The notes beneath the pieces are model-generated. The model ran no database searches and was not told the origin of the DNA. It worked only from the letters and a program-made list of their open reading frames with translations. Below are positions 40,072 to 49,792 of a stretch of 64,000 bases of DNA, in pieces. A program made the position numbers and the translations under genes. The stretch comes from Pseudomonadota bacterium (GTDB taxonomy: Bacteria > Campylobacterota > Campylobacteria > Campylobacterales > Sulfurimonadaceae): contig JAZDQA010000012.1 of NCBI GenBank assembly GCA_043797085.1, positions 64,001 to 128,000 on the forward strand. Direction: 5' to 3'. Numbering within the stretch: the stretch's first letter is position 1; each line of letters starts with the position of its first letter.

Positions 40072-40620
40072 ATGCAATTTTTATGGCGCTCTACCAGTCA
40101 CTTTAACCTCGCCAATTTAGTGACAATGGCAAATGTAACGTGCGGGCTTCTTGCCGCGTATTTCATTACGCAAGAACACTTTATCCTCGCATCGGCTCTT
40201 GCTTGGGCAGGAGGAGCATTCGATATTATTGATGGAAAAATTGCCCGAAAATATGGCTTATCTAATGAATTCGGGGTTCAGCTCGACTCATTCGCCGATT
40301 TTCTCAGTTTTGTCCTCGTGCCTGTATTTTTTATCTTTCAAGCTGTTTATACCGATCTCACAGGGCTCCCCCTGATCATCACTTCAATCGCTTCGATCTA
40401 CTACGTCATCAGTGGATTACGCCGTTTGATTCAGTTTAACATTCAAACGGATGCCGGAGAAGTTGCGAAACATTTTACAGGAGTTCCAACACCCCTTGGA
40501 GCGATTTTACTCTGGCTTGTGTGGCTGGGATCAGGATTTATCGGATGGATCGGAGTGCTTGCGCTAATGGTTATCATCGGAGCGTTGCTCAATTCAAAAG
40601 TGAAGATTCCGCATTTATAA
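40072..40620 (+). CDS. CDP-alcohol phosphatidyltransferase (PssA-like)
   Basis: DIIDGKIAR...FGVQLDSFAD motif and FTGVPTP. Confidence 0.88.
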   Translation: MQFLWRSTSHFNLANLVTMANVTCGLLAAYFITQEHFILASALAWAGGAFDIIDGKIARKYGLSNEFGVQLDSFADFLSFVLVPVFFIFQAVYTDLTGLPLIITSIASIYYVISGLRRLIQFNIQTDAGEVAKHFTGVPTPLGAILLWLVWLGSGFIGWIGVLALMVIIGALLNSKVKIPHL

Positions 40621-41919
40621 AATTTCTTCTTCCTCACTATCTGTGAGTGACGACGGAAGCATCTTTTTAGGCTTCAACCCCAGCTTTCGCATCGCTTCAA
40701 CACGACGGATAAGACTGCCTTTTCCTGATAATTTTGTCATAGCACCTTCATAACTTTTTTGAGTACGACCGATTTGCTCACCGATCTTTTCCATGTCTTC
40801 CACAAATCCCACCAATTTATCATACAGCGCTTCGGCAGATTCGGCAATCGCTTTGGCATTGCGTTCTTGATACTCGCTTCTCCAGATATGTTCTATCGTG
40901 CGCAGAGTTACGAGAAGAGTGGATGGAGAGACAACGACAATATTTTGCTCGTATGCCGTTTTGAAAAAGGTATTATCCTGCTCTAATGCCAAAAGAAATG
41001 CCCCCTCTATCGGCATAAAAAGAAGAACAAAATCGAGAGTCCGAACACCGCTGAGCTGTTCATACCTCTTTGAACTCAAACCTTTTATATGGGCATGGAT
41101 TGAGAGAAGATGCTGTTTCAACGCATGAGCACGATCTTCATCATTGTCGGCGCGGATAAATGCATCGTAGGCAACCAATGAAACTTTTGAGTCGATAATA
41201 ATGTCTTTGTTTTGAGGAAGATGGACGATCACGTCAGGACGGAACTTTTTCCCCTCTTCATCACTGTACGTATTTTGGGTTTCGTACTCATGCCCTTCTC
41301 GCAATCCTGAATCTTCTAAAATTCGTTCCAGTACAATTTCACCCCAGTTTCCTTGGGTTTTATTCTCTCCCTTAAGGGCATTGGTGAGATTGATTGCATC
41401 TTCACTGAGGCGTTCATTGAGGGATTTTAGACGAAGGATTTCATCTTTGATACTCTGACGCTCTTTGGCATCGTGGATAAACTGCTCTTTGCTCTGAGTG
41501 GCAAAATTAGTGATCTGTTCACGGAATGGCTTGAGCAATAAATCGAGCCCTTTCGTGTGCGCTTCATCAAAGGTTTTCGCTTTTTGGTCAAAAATTTGGG
41601 TTGCCAAATGTTCAAACTGTCCTTTCATCTGCATTTTGGCTTCATCGAGGAGCCGCAATTTCTCTTCATACGAGCGAGCCGATTCTTCGTGACGCGTATG
41701 CAGTACAGCAAAATCACGCTCAAGTGCGTGATAATCATTGTTCTTGGCTTCAAGTTTTAATTGAGATTCCATGCGGGATTGATGTTCTTGATTGAACATC
41801 TCTTGAATCTGCAATGCACGTGATTCCAACAAAGCGTATTCCTGGCGGGATTGATTCCACATCCACGCGAACGTTCCGGCAGTTAGGGTGGCGATTAGGG
41901 TTGTTATTTCATATATCAT
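40615..41919 (-). CDS. rmuC: DNA recombination protein RmuC
   Basis: N-terminal TM and coiled coil, QGNWGE, RPDVIVHLP, IDSK and VSPSTLL. Confidence 0.93.
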   Translation of the reverse strand: MIYEITTLIATLTAGTFAWMWNQSRQEYALLESRALQIQEMFNQEHQSRMESQLKLEAKNNDYHALERDFAVLHTRHEESARSYEEKLRLLDEAKMQMKGQFEHLATQIFDQKAKTFDEAHTKGLDLLLKPFREQITNFATQSKEQFIHDAKERQSIKDEILRLKSLNERLSEDAINLTNALKGENKTQGNWGEIVLERILEDSGLREGHEYETQNTYSDEEGKKFRPDVIVHLPQNKDIIIDSKVSLVAYDAFIRADNDEDRAHALKQHLLSIHAHIKGLSSKRYEQLSGVRTLDFVLLFMPIEGAFLLALEQDNTFFKTAYEQNIVVVSPSTLLVTLRTIEHIWRSEYQERNAKAIAESAEALYDKLVGFVEDMEKIGEQIGRTQKSYEGAMTKLSGKGSLIRRVEAMRKLGLKPKKMLPSSLTDSEEEEIL

Positions 41920-41982
41920 GATGTGATTATAGCCAACCACCACCTAAGGCGAAAAAAATATGTCATGGTGTAATATTTTTCC

Positions 41983-42381
41983 ATGAAAATATCTCCCAAT
42001 GCCCAATGCCCTTGTCACAGCGGTGAAAAATACAAAAAGTGCTGTCAGCCCTATCATAAAGGGATATTCCCCTCAAATGCCCTCAAACTTATGCGCTCTC
42101 GCTACAGTGCTTATTCTTTGTCTCTGGCGGACTATATCCTAAAAACAACCCATCCCAATAATCCTGATTACACGGATGAAACAGCACTATGGAAAGAAAA
42201 TATTTTAGACTTTTGTGACAATACTCAATTCTTAGGATTAAAGATCAACGAATTTATTGATGGTGAAACGGTCGCTTACGTAACGTTTGACGCAATCTTG
42301 GACAGCGGCTCTCTCAAAGAGAAAAGCCGATTTTTAAAAGAAGACGGGCGATGGCTTTATGAGGGCGGGAGCTTCGATTAG
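41983..42381 (+). CDS. ychJ: YchJ family (SEC-C motif) protein
   Basis: CPCHSGEKYKKCC, LMRSRYSAY and EKSRF...WLY. Confidence 0.9.
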   Translation: MKISPNAQCPCHSGEKYKKCCQPYHKGIFPSNALKLMRSRYSAYSLSLADYILKTTHPNNPDYTDETALWKENILDFCDNTQFLGLKINEFIDGETVAYVTFDAILDSGSLKEKSRFLKEDGRWLYEGGSFD

Positions 42382-42734
42382 CACCCGACTATTTCTATGC
42401 AATCTTCCCCTTTGGGAATCAGACACAAAAACACATATGCTTCCTCCCCAACCGTCTCATAACTGTGCGCCACGCCCGCTGGAATAAAAAGAATATCCCC
42501 TGCAACCGCTTCAAATGTCACATCTCCACACTTCACATTTGCCTTACCTGAGAGAATATACTGCTCATGTTCCACCGTATTTGTATGATGAGGCATAAAA
42601 CCGCCCGCATCGATCGTGAAACAGCGCATGGCAAAATTGGGAACTTCTTGCAACGAAAGAAGCATCTGCATGCTTACACCAGATCCTGCTTTTTGTGGCA
42701 TCGATTCAATAGAGTTTAATTTTCGGTGTATCAT
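42378..42734 (-). CDS. Cupin domain protein
   Basis: [16 protein letters not shown] and [12 protein letters not shown]. Confidence 0.88.
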   Translation of the reverse strand: MIHRKLNSIESMPQKAGSGVSMQMLLSLQEVPNFAMRCFTIDAGGFMPHHTNTVEHEQYILSGKANVKCGDVTFEAVAGDILFIPAGVAHSYETVGEEAYVFLCLIPKGEDCIEIVGC

Positions 42735-42778
42735 TATCATCCTTTTTTTGGTTGTATTATCCCATATTTTCCTCAAAC

Positions 42779-42807
42779 TTGACAACCCATCCACCATTGA
42801 TTATAAT
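42779..42807 (+). promoter_or_regulatory. Consensus sigma70 promoter of the rho-murI-dnaX operon
   Basis: TTGACA(42779)-17 nt-TATAAT(42802). Confidence 0.8.
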
Positions 42808-42889
42808 GTCACTAACCAAAAAGACTCTCAAGCAATCTACAACTTTCTTCTATTGCACAAAATTAACATACCCTAAGGCTTCTTTCATA

Positions 42890-44221
42890 ATGAGCGAAAA
42901 CGCAAAAACCCCTACTCCTCGAAACAACACCAAAAACCGTACGCATACCCCAGTAGAAGGGTTCACGATTGAAGCCCTTAGAACAAAAACACTTGAAACC
43001 CTCCTAGAGATCGCAACCTCTCTCAACGTCGAAGATCCTAACGAGCTAAAACGTCAAGACCTCATCTTTGAAATCCTTAAAACCCAAGTACAGCAAGGCG
43101 GATTCATCCTCTTTACGGGTATTTTGGAAATCATGCAAGACGGTTACGGTTTCTTACGTGCTGTCGACCAAGGTTTCAGCGATTCAATGCACGATGCATA
43201 CGTTTCCAGTACCCAAATCCGCCGTTTTGCACTGCGTAATGGTGACATCGTTACAGGTCAAGTACGCGCACCAAAAGATCAAGAGCGCTATTACGCCCTT
43301 CTAAAAGTCGAAGCGATCAACTACCTTCCGCCTGAAGAGTCTAAAAAACGTCCGTTATTTGAAAATCTTACCCCTCTTTATGCCCTCGAACAGCTCAAAC
43401 TTGAGTATCTGCCAACGCATCTAACAGGTCGGATGATGGATCTGTTTTGTCCGGTTGGTAAAGGGCAACGTGGTCTCGTTGTCGCTCCTCCACGCTCAGG
43501 AAAAACAGAACTTTTAAAAGAGATTGCTCACGGTATCACCACCAATCATCCCGAAGCAGAACTCATGGTATTGCTCGTCGATGAGCGTCCTGAAGAAGTT
43601 ACCGATATGGAACGCTCCGTCAAAGGCGAAGTTTACAGTTCTACGTTTGATGAGCCTGCTAAAAACCATGTCAAAGTCGCTGAAATGGTCATCGAGCGTG
43701 CAAAACGTCGTGTAGAGCTTGGCAAAGATGTCGTTATCTTGCTCGACTCCATCACCCGTCTTGCCCGTGCGTACAATACCGTTACTCCAAGCTCAGGAAA
43801 AGTCCTTTCAGGGGGAGTCGATGCCAACGCATTGCACAAGCCAAAACGTTTCTTTGGAGCAGCACGTAACATCGAAAACGGCGGAAGTTTAACCATCATC
43901 GCTACTGCACTGGTCGAAACAGGAAGTAAAATGGACGAAGTCATTTTCGAAGAGTTCAAAGGAACCGGTAACTCCGAAGTCGTACTCAGCCGTAAGATTT
44001 CAGAACGTCGAATCTATCCTGCTATTGATATTCTCAAATCAGGTACACGTAAAGAAGAACTTCTTTTAGGTGCCGATGTCTTGCAAAAAGTATTTGTATT
44101 GCGTTCTATGCTGCACAAACAAGAAGACGAAGTTGAAGCATTGCGTTTCCTCTACAGCACCATGCTAAAGAGTAAAAGCAATACTGAATTTCTTGACAGT
44201 ATGAACGAGTCGGGTAAATAA
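42890..44221 (+). CDS. rho: Transcription termination factor Rho
   Basis: [28 protein letters not shown] and [11 protein letters not shown]; probable start MSENAK. Confidence 0.97.
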   Translation: MSENAKTPTPRNNTKNRTHTPVEGFTIEALRTKTLETLLEIATSLNVEDPNELKRQDLIFEILKTQVQQGGFILFTGILEIMQDGYGFLRAVDQGFSDSMHDAYVSSTQIRRFALRNGDIVTGQVRAPKDQERYYALLKVEAINYLPPEESKKRPLFENLTPLYALEQLKLEYLPTHLTGRMMDLFCPVGKGQRGLVVAPPRSGKTELLKEIAHGITTNHPEAELMVLLVDERPEEVTDMERSVKGEVYSSTFDEPAKNHVKVAEMVIERAKRRVELGKDVVILLDSITRLARAYNTVTPSSGKVLSGGVDANALHKPKRFFGAARNIENGGSLTIIATALVETGSKMDEVIFEEFKGTGNSEVVLSRKISERRIYPAIDILKSGTRKEELLLGADVLQKVFVLRSMLHKQEDEVEALRFLYSTMLKSKSNTEFLDSMNESGK

Positions 44222-44967
44222 TGCGCGTCGGTGTTTTCGATAGCGGGGTTGGAGGCTTAAGCGTCGTCAAATCCCTATTGGAACACCATCTTTTTGAAGA
44301 GATCATCTATTTTGGTGATACCGCCCGTGTCCCTTATGGGGTCAAAGATCAAAATACCATTATCCGCTATTCTCTCGAAGCAATCGAATTTTTTAAAAAC
44401 TTCGAGATCGATTTACTTATCACCGCATGCAATACCGTCAGTGCCTATGCTCTGGATGAGATGCGTCTTCACAGTGATCATGATGTTATCGGCGTTGTGG
44501 AACCGGGAGTCTTAGCCCTCAAAAATGCCATCCCTGATACGAATGCCAACATTCTTATTCTAGGGACCAAAGCCACAGTAAAATCAGGTGCTTACACAAA
44601 AGGGCTCAATGCTCTTGGCTATCAAAATCTAAGTGCCATTGCCACAGGGCTACTTGTCCCCATCGTCGAAGAGGGATTGTATGAAGGAGAAGTCCTCCAA
44701 AGTACTTTGAACCATTATTTTGGCAATTTGACAGAAGCTCCGGATGCGATTATCCTCGGATGTACCCATTTTCCCCTTATCGCCAATGCCATAGAGTCCT
44801 ACTTCGAGGGAAAAAGTACCTTGATCCACTCAGGAGAAGCAATCGTCGAGTATTTAGAAGCGCATTACGATTTTACGAAACGGTTTGAGCATACAGAACT
44901 GAAATTTTTCGCCTCTGAAAATCCAGAGGGACTTCGACGTACCGCCAAAGAATGGCTACAATTATAA
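44221..44967 (+). CDS. murI: Glutamate racemase
   Basis: DSGVGGLSV, PYG, ACNT and LGCTHFP. Confidence 0.96.
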   Translation: MRVGVFDSGVGGLSVVKSLLEHHLFEEIIYFGDTARVPYGVKDQNTIIRYSLEAIEFFKNFEIDLLITACNTVSAYALDEMRLHSDHDVIGVVEPGVLALKNAIPDTNANILILGTKATVKSGAYTKGLNALGYQNLSAIATGLLVPIVEEGLYEGEVLQSTLNHYFGNLTEAPDAIILGCTHFPLIANAIESYFEGKSTLIHSGEAIVEYLEAHYDFTKRFEHTELKFFASENPEGLRRTAKEWLQL

Positions 44968-44977
44968 AGGAAAAGTA

Positions 44978-46603
44978 ATGGCTGAACGTTCCGAAGTATT
45001 AGCATTAAAATACCGCCCAAAACGATTCGAAGAGCTTATCGGACAAGAGAGTATCTCTCAAACTCTCAGCCTCGCTCTGGACTCTAAACGTCTCTCTCAT
45101 GCGTATCTTTTTTCAGGGCTTCGCGGATCAGGAAAAACCTCTACTGCACGGATTTTTGCTAAATCACTCATGTGCGAAAACGGTCCAACTTCCGCACCGT
45201 GTGATGTCTGTTCTCACTGTGTGATGGCGAACGAAGGTCGTCATATTGATATCATCGAAATGGACGCTGCATCCAGTCGTAAAATCGATGACATCCGTGA
45301 CCTCATCGAAAACACCAAATACCGTCCGGCAGCAGGGGCATTTAAAATCTTCATCATTGACGAAGTACACATGCTCACGAAAGAAGCGCATAATGCTCTT
45401 CTTAAAACGCTTGAAGAACCGCCTGAATATGTCAAGTTTATTCTGGCAACGACCGATCCGCTCAAACTCCCGCCTACCATTCTGAGCCGAACACAGCATT
45501 TTCGTTTTAAACGTATCAGTCATCCGAATATTGTTCATCACCTCAGCCACATCCTCCACCTTGAAAATATTGAGTTTCAGCCAGAGTCCCTCGATATTCT
45601 GGCACGAAGCGGGTCAGGAAGCCTACGAGACACGCTTACACTTCTTGATCAGGCAATCATCTATTCCAAAGGTTTTGTTGACGTAAAAACGGTTACTGAT
45701 ATGCTGGGACTTCTTGATCCTGAATATATCTCGCTCCTCTTTGACGCCATTTTCGCCAAAGACCGTAATTCACTTATCGGTATGCTCAAAGAGCTCGAAG
45801 CCTATGAAGCCGAAATGGTGGTCGATGAACTCATCGCTTTTCTCAAAGAAAAGCTTTATGAGGGAGATCATCGCTTTAGTTCTCTGGTTATTGAACGATT
45901 TTTTCGAATTCTCAGTGATGCTAAAACCCTCTTCGCCATCAATGCGGATGGCGGTTTTGTCATAGGACTCATCTTATTTAAGATGATTGAAGCACTGAAG
46001 ATCAAAGAGATCGATGAAATGATCGAGTCCCTCGAATCACGCACACCGCTGCATTCAGTTCCCACTACAACACCGATAGCAACAGCTCCTCAACCTGTTC
46101 AAAAAATCACAGTAACCGCGTCCGAAGTCTCCCCTTTTGATCACTTATGCGCCAAAATCCGTGACCGTGATGCCACTCTTTCGCGATGCTTTGAGAACAA
46201 TATCACATTTGTTTCGTTTTCCGATAATACCTTAACATGGGAAAGTTGTGCTGAGGGAAATGATAGAGAGCTACTAAAACACGGATATTCCATTATCCGC
46301 CAATTTGTCCGTGAAATCTACGGGATCGACACGGTGATAAAATCTCAAGGATGCAGCAAAGAAGCAGTCGCAGAAGCTCCAGAGCCAACACCTGACCCTA
46401 TCATTGAGCCAATCCCTGAACCTGTCATAGAACCAGCTTCTATGGTAGAAGATGTGGAAATTAGCGTCGGAAGCTGTGTCAGTCAATGCGATGAAGTCAG
46501 TGTAAAAGAATTTGACGGTTCAGACGTCCTAAAAGAACCCATGATTGCCAAAGCCGCTGAACTCTTTGAAGCAACCAAGATTACGGTGCAATCGAAGGTA
46601 TAA
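44978..46603 (+). CDS. dnaX: DNA polymerase III subunit gamma/tau
   Basis: LALKYRP, GLRGSGKTS, Zn-binding Cys, DEVHML and LKTLEEPP. Confidence 0.96.
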   Translation: MAERSEVLALKYRPKRFEELIGQESISQTLSLALDSKRLSHAYLFSGLRGSGKTSTARIFAKSLMCENGPTSAPCDVCSHCVMANEGRHIDIIEMDAASSRKIDDIRDLIENTKYRPAAGAFKIFIIDEVHMLTKEAHNALLKTLEEPPEYVKFILATTDPLKLPPTILSRTQHFRFKRISHPNIVHHLSHILHLENIEFQPESLDILARSGSGSLRDTLTLLDQAIIYSKGFVDVKTVTDMLGLLDPEYISLLFDAIFAKDRNSLIGMLKELEAYEAEMVVDELIAFLKEKLYEGDHRFSSLVIERFFRILSDAKTLFAINADGGFVIGLILFKMIEALKIKEIDEMIESLESRTPLHSVPTTTPIATAPQPVQKITVTASEVSPFDHLCAKIRDRDATLSRCFENNITFVSFSDNTLTWESCAEGNDRELLKHGYSIIRQFVREIYGIDTVIKSQGCSKEAVAEAPEPTPDPIIEPIPEPVIEPASMVEDVEISVGSCVSQCDEVSVKEFDGSDVLKEPMIAKAAELFEATKITVQSKV

Positions 46604-46611
46604 CCTCGATT

Positions 46612-47370
46612 TTATCGTTTTTTCCACACCGACATTTGTGAAATCGTATGTTGAAACTTACGTGCGGTTTCGCGAATAACGAACGGGACATCTTCAGTTG
46701 CGATAAGCTCAAAATGGCTTTCTAATAGTTCTGTTAATCCTTCTAAAGTCGAGACTTCTTTTCCCTTTTCATCCACATAACCGCCTATCCAAAACTTTTT
46801 TGCTGTGTATTCTTCTTTCCATGTATAAGGTGAAGTCAGTACCAAAATTCCATTATCATTAATCCGTTCATGAATGGTTGATAAAAACAATTTTGGCTGA
46901 TACAATCGGTCGATAAGATTGGTAGCCATAACCAAATCATAGCCGCTAAACGTTTCAGCCAAAGCGCACGCATCTCCTTGAGAAAATTTCACTTTGACAC
47001 ACGCATCTCGGAAGCTATACATTGTCATATCAACAAGTATTTGATTTTTAAGATCACCTTCTGTATTTTGCGCATACATTATTCGACCATTTTTTTGAAG
47101 CTCTGCTGCCGCATCTATAAACGCCTGAGAATAGTCAACACCATCCACATGATCAAACTCCAGTGCCAGCTCAAAAGATGCTCGCCCTGTTGCACATCCT
47201 AGATCTAATGCCTTGCTTTGTTGCGTATTTTTAGAATACCCAATGGCTTTTTGCGCACATACTTTAGCAAAGTTTTCAACACCAAAATAGTCATCTCCAT
47301 ATTGAAAATCACAATATTGAGAGACCAATTCATCCGTTTCGTAAATATTTGTTTCTTTCATCATGTCCAC
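46612..47370 (-). CDS. SAM-dependent methyltransferase resembling the OvoA C-terminal (mercaptohistidine N-methyltransferase) domain
   Basis: YETDELVSQY, LDLGCATGRASFEL, GDAC, NLIDRL, SPYTW and PFVIRETARKFQH. Confidence 0.82.
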   Translation of the reverse strand: MDMMKETNIYETDELVSQYCDFQYGDDYFGVENFAKVCAQKAIGYSKNTQQSKALDLGCATGRASFELALEFDHVDGVDYSQAFIDAAAELQKNGRIMYAQNTEGDLKNQILVDMTMYSFRDACVKVKFSQGDACALAETFSGYDLVMATNLIDRLYQPKLFLSTIHERINDNGILVLTSPYTWKEEYTAKKFWIGGYVDEKGKEVSTLEGLTELLESHFELIATEDVPFVIRETARKFQHTISQMSVWKKR

Positions 47371-48435
47371 CTAGCTTTTTAATAATGGAAGTGTATTAAG
47401 CAAATTTTCACAATATTGCCACTGATCCAATGTCTCTTTCCACTCAGAGGGAATCGCATTAACGCCTTTGGACGCACCTAAGACCATCCCGATGGCAATA
47501 GCACGAGAAGCATTATCGCCTCCGACCATTGCATTCGCTTGTAATGCTTTTTTTAAACCCTCTGCTTCATTGGCATACTTGAGAATAAAATAAACCGCTC
47601 CCGGAAGTGTACCCTCCGTCGGGCTCGCTTTACCTACTTTTATTGGCTCAGAGCGTCCAATATCCCACAATCGTGCCATACTGGTCAATGCCAGATCATC
47701 TACGAAAGGTTCAAGCGACAATGGCGACTCAGGATCAGTTGCTTCCGTAAATTTTGCAATCGCCTGCGCTACTTTACGCTCCACAAAACCGCCCATCTGT
47801 ATGGCAACCATTTCAATAGCTTCTTGAGGAGACAACCCGTTTATAACACGATGCGTAACCCGAGCAAAAAATTCTCCACCGCCTAGCGCTTCACTGTTTT
47901 TATGAGTAAACATACATGCTCGAGCAACATTCGCCAGCTCTTCTTCGTTTTCATAATAACCATGAGCCGCAACATGACGAATCGCCATTGCATTCGAAAT
48001 TCCCCCTAAACGCTCTACCGGGACACCCTGTCGTACTTGGGCATACGTTTCTTTGGTCATGGTACAAATCCATGAGCCCCATCCGTTTTCAAGACGATTC
48101 ATCCAATGCCCAATCATGGTACTCACATCAAAAGCTCTTGGCGGTACCGCAGTAGAACTCAAATGTTCTAAAACAACGACATTGTAATCACCATAATCGG
48201 TAGTACCTCCCGCACTTTTCCCCGGATGGTAGTTACGCTCACCCCAACCAATACCATGTGTTTGACCACCCATCATTTCTCCGGGTGACATAAACTTCTC
48301 AATAGGTTTATCCCCATACGCTCTAAAAATCTTCTGTGCATCATACTCGTAATGACTTCCAAGACAAAGGGCATCACCCACTAAAGCACCGAAAAATGCT
48401 CCTCTAATTGCTTCTTCTTTTGTAACATGATCCAT
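47371..48435 (-). CDS. ADP-ribosylglycohydrolase family protein
   Basis: GALVGDAL, TTDYGD, FTH and GGDNASRA..IGMVLGA. Confidence 0.85.
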   Translation of the reverse strand: MDHVTKEEAIRGAFFGALVGDALCLGSHYEYDAQKIFRAYGDKPIEKFMSPGEMMGGQTHGIGWGERNYHPGKSAGGTTDYGDYNVVVLEHLSSTAVPPRAFDVSTMIGHWMNRLENGWGSWICTMTKETYAQVRQGVPVERLGGISNAMAIRHVAAHGYYENEEELANVARACMFTHKNSEALGGGEFFARVTHRVINGLSPQEAIEMVAIQMGGFVERKVAQAIAKFTEATDPESPLSLEPFVDDLALTSMARLWDIGRSEPIKVGKASPTEGTLPGAVYFILKYANEAEGLKKALQANAMVGGDNASRAIAIGMVLGASKGVNAIPSEWKETLDQWQYCENLLNTLPLLKS

Positions 48436-48496
48436 ACTATATATCCAATTTTTTTACGAGTTTATCCGATTAAAGCGTTAAGTTTAAAATACTTTA

Positions 48497-48525
48497 TTGC
48501 TTTTTTACTTTTTTTCAGCTATACT
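48497..48525 (+). promoter_or_regulatory. Putative promoter of the cold-shock gene
   Basis: TTGCTT-17 nt-TATACT, giving a leader of about 145 nt. Confidence 0.55.
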
Positions 48526-48676
48526 TCAGCTATTGAAAGATGATTTAGAGTTTCATCTTTGGCTAGCTCTCTATTGAAGACCTTTTGTTAACAGTACGGC
48601 CCGCTCTAAGAATACTCCACTTTATATTTTCGACCACCACGGCAACGGGGTGTATTTTTTAACAAAAAGGTCTACT

Positions 48677-48895
48677 ATGGCAGATGTAATCAACGGAACA
48701 GTAAAATGGTTCAATGGCGAAAAAGGTTTTGGATTTATCCAACAAGATAACGGAGACAAAGATTTGTTTGTTCACTTTCGTCAAATTAACCGTACTGGTT
48801 ATGGTCGTGTTTCACTTGAAGAAGGTCAAAAAGTATCTTATACTGTTGGTCAAGGCGAAAAAGGTCCACAAGCAGAAAACGTTACAGCACTGTAA
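48677..48895 (+). CDS. Cold-shock protein (CspA family)
   Basis: GTVKWFN, KGFGFI, LFVHF and GPQAENV. Confidence 0.95.
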   Translation: MADVINGTVKWFNGEKGFGFIQQDNGDKDLFVHFRQINRTGYGRVSLEEGQKVSYTVGQGEKGPQAENVTAL

Positions 48896-48903
48896 TTTCT
48901 TCT

Positions 48904-48928
48904 TATTGAGCAGGTTTTCTGCTCAATA
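48904..48928 (+). terminator. Hairpin after the csp gene
   Basis: TATTGAGCAG-gtttt-CTGCTCAATA, a perfect 10-bp stem. Confidence 0.65.
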
Positions 48929-49037
48929 TCTTCTACTCATTCATTAACAATCGTTTCATTCGTCGCTCCACAAAGAACTATTCACCCACTTTTCAATATA
49001 TCTACCAACCCTATTCACGATCACTAAGGATCACCAA

Positions 49038-49223
49038 ATGGAAAGCAGAGAAGCCGTTTTAGATGCCCTTTCAAAAGGTAAAAAACTCACTAGCACCGTT
49101 ACAGGTCTACAATATATTCATATCGATGGAAAACTTCATGCACGTCACGGAGAAAAAAATGACTGGAATCAAAGTGAACTTTGTTTCGATAATCCTCCAT
49201 CATGGCTCAATCTAAGAGACTAA
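49038..49223 (+). CDS. Small hypothetical protein
   Basis: 61 aa with an AAGGA RBS; co-oriented with csp and ywbE. Confidence 0.65.
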   Translation: MESREAVLDALSKGKKLTSTVTGLQYIHIDGKLHARHGEKNDWNQSELCFDNPPSWLNLRD

Positions 49224-49232
49224 GGGAACTGT

Positions 49233-49424
49233 ATGAACGGGAATGAGCGTAAGAATATACAATCCGGTAAACGCGTCACCATAGTCCTAAAGCAAGATCA
49301 ATCTTCGGGAAAACTTACTGAAGGAATTGTACGTGATCTTCTTACTAACTCCTCTTCTCATCCGCACGGCATCAAAGTACGCTTAATGAGTGGTGAAGTT
49401 GGTCGCGTTAAAGAGGTCTTTTAA
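49233..49424 (+). CDS. YwbE/DUF2196 family protein (copy 1)
   Basis: IVLKQDQ, HPHGIKVRL and GEVGRV. Confidence 0.88.
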   Translation: MNGNERKNIQSGKRVTIVLKQDQSSGKLTEGIVRDLLTNSSSHPHGIKVRLMSGEVGRVKEVF

Positions 49425-49764
49425 TACCCCAGCGTGATGAACGCATACCCCGCCATAGAACAACTCCAATAAGAATACCTATACTGTCCGCCACGATATC
49501 CAAAGTTGAAAAAAAACGTCCCGGTATAAAATACTGCGTTACTTCAATTTGAAAACCAACGAGCAACAATAGAGCAATTTTTTTGACTTCTGAAAAATGA
49601 TTGTACGCAAAACTGATTAAAATAAATAAAACAAAAAATGCAACAAAGTGGTTTTGTTTATCCCACATTCCATCCATAGCTTCGATATGTTGTGGCGTAA
49701 GAGCTAAATACTCTATCACACTAAAATTGCCAAACAGTGCGCTTTTAAAAAAAATTGTTTTCAT
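49408..49764 (-). CDS. VanZ-like membrane protein
   Basis: WDKQNHFVAF and IEVTQYFIPGRFFSTLDIVAD. Confidence 0.85.
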   Translation of the reverse strand: MKTIFFKSALFGNFSVIEYLALTPQHIEAMDGMWDKQNHFVAFFVLFILISFAYNHFSEVKKIALLLLVGFQIEVTQYFIPGRFFSTLDIVADSIGILIGVVLWRGMRSSRWGIKRPL

Positions 49765-49792
49765 TGATAGTATTATAACACGCTTCGCACCC

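Noticed and set aside
42752..42889. N-terminal extension of Rho
   Set aside because: It overlaps the consensus promoter at 42779-42807, so it cannot be translated from that transcript.
46040..46450. Programmed frameshift or DNA repeat in dnaX
   Set aside because: I saw no A AAA AAG slippery site with a downstream hairpin, and the PEPT/PEPV run is an ordinary Pro-rich linker.
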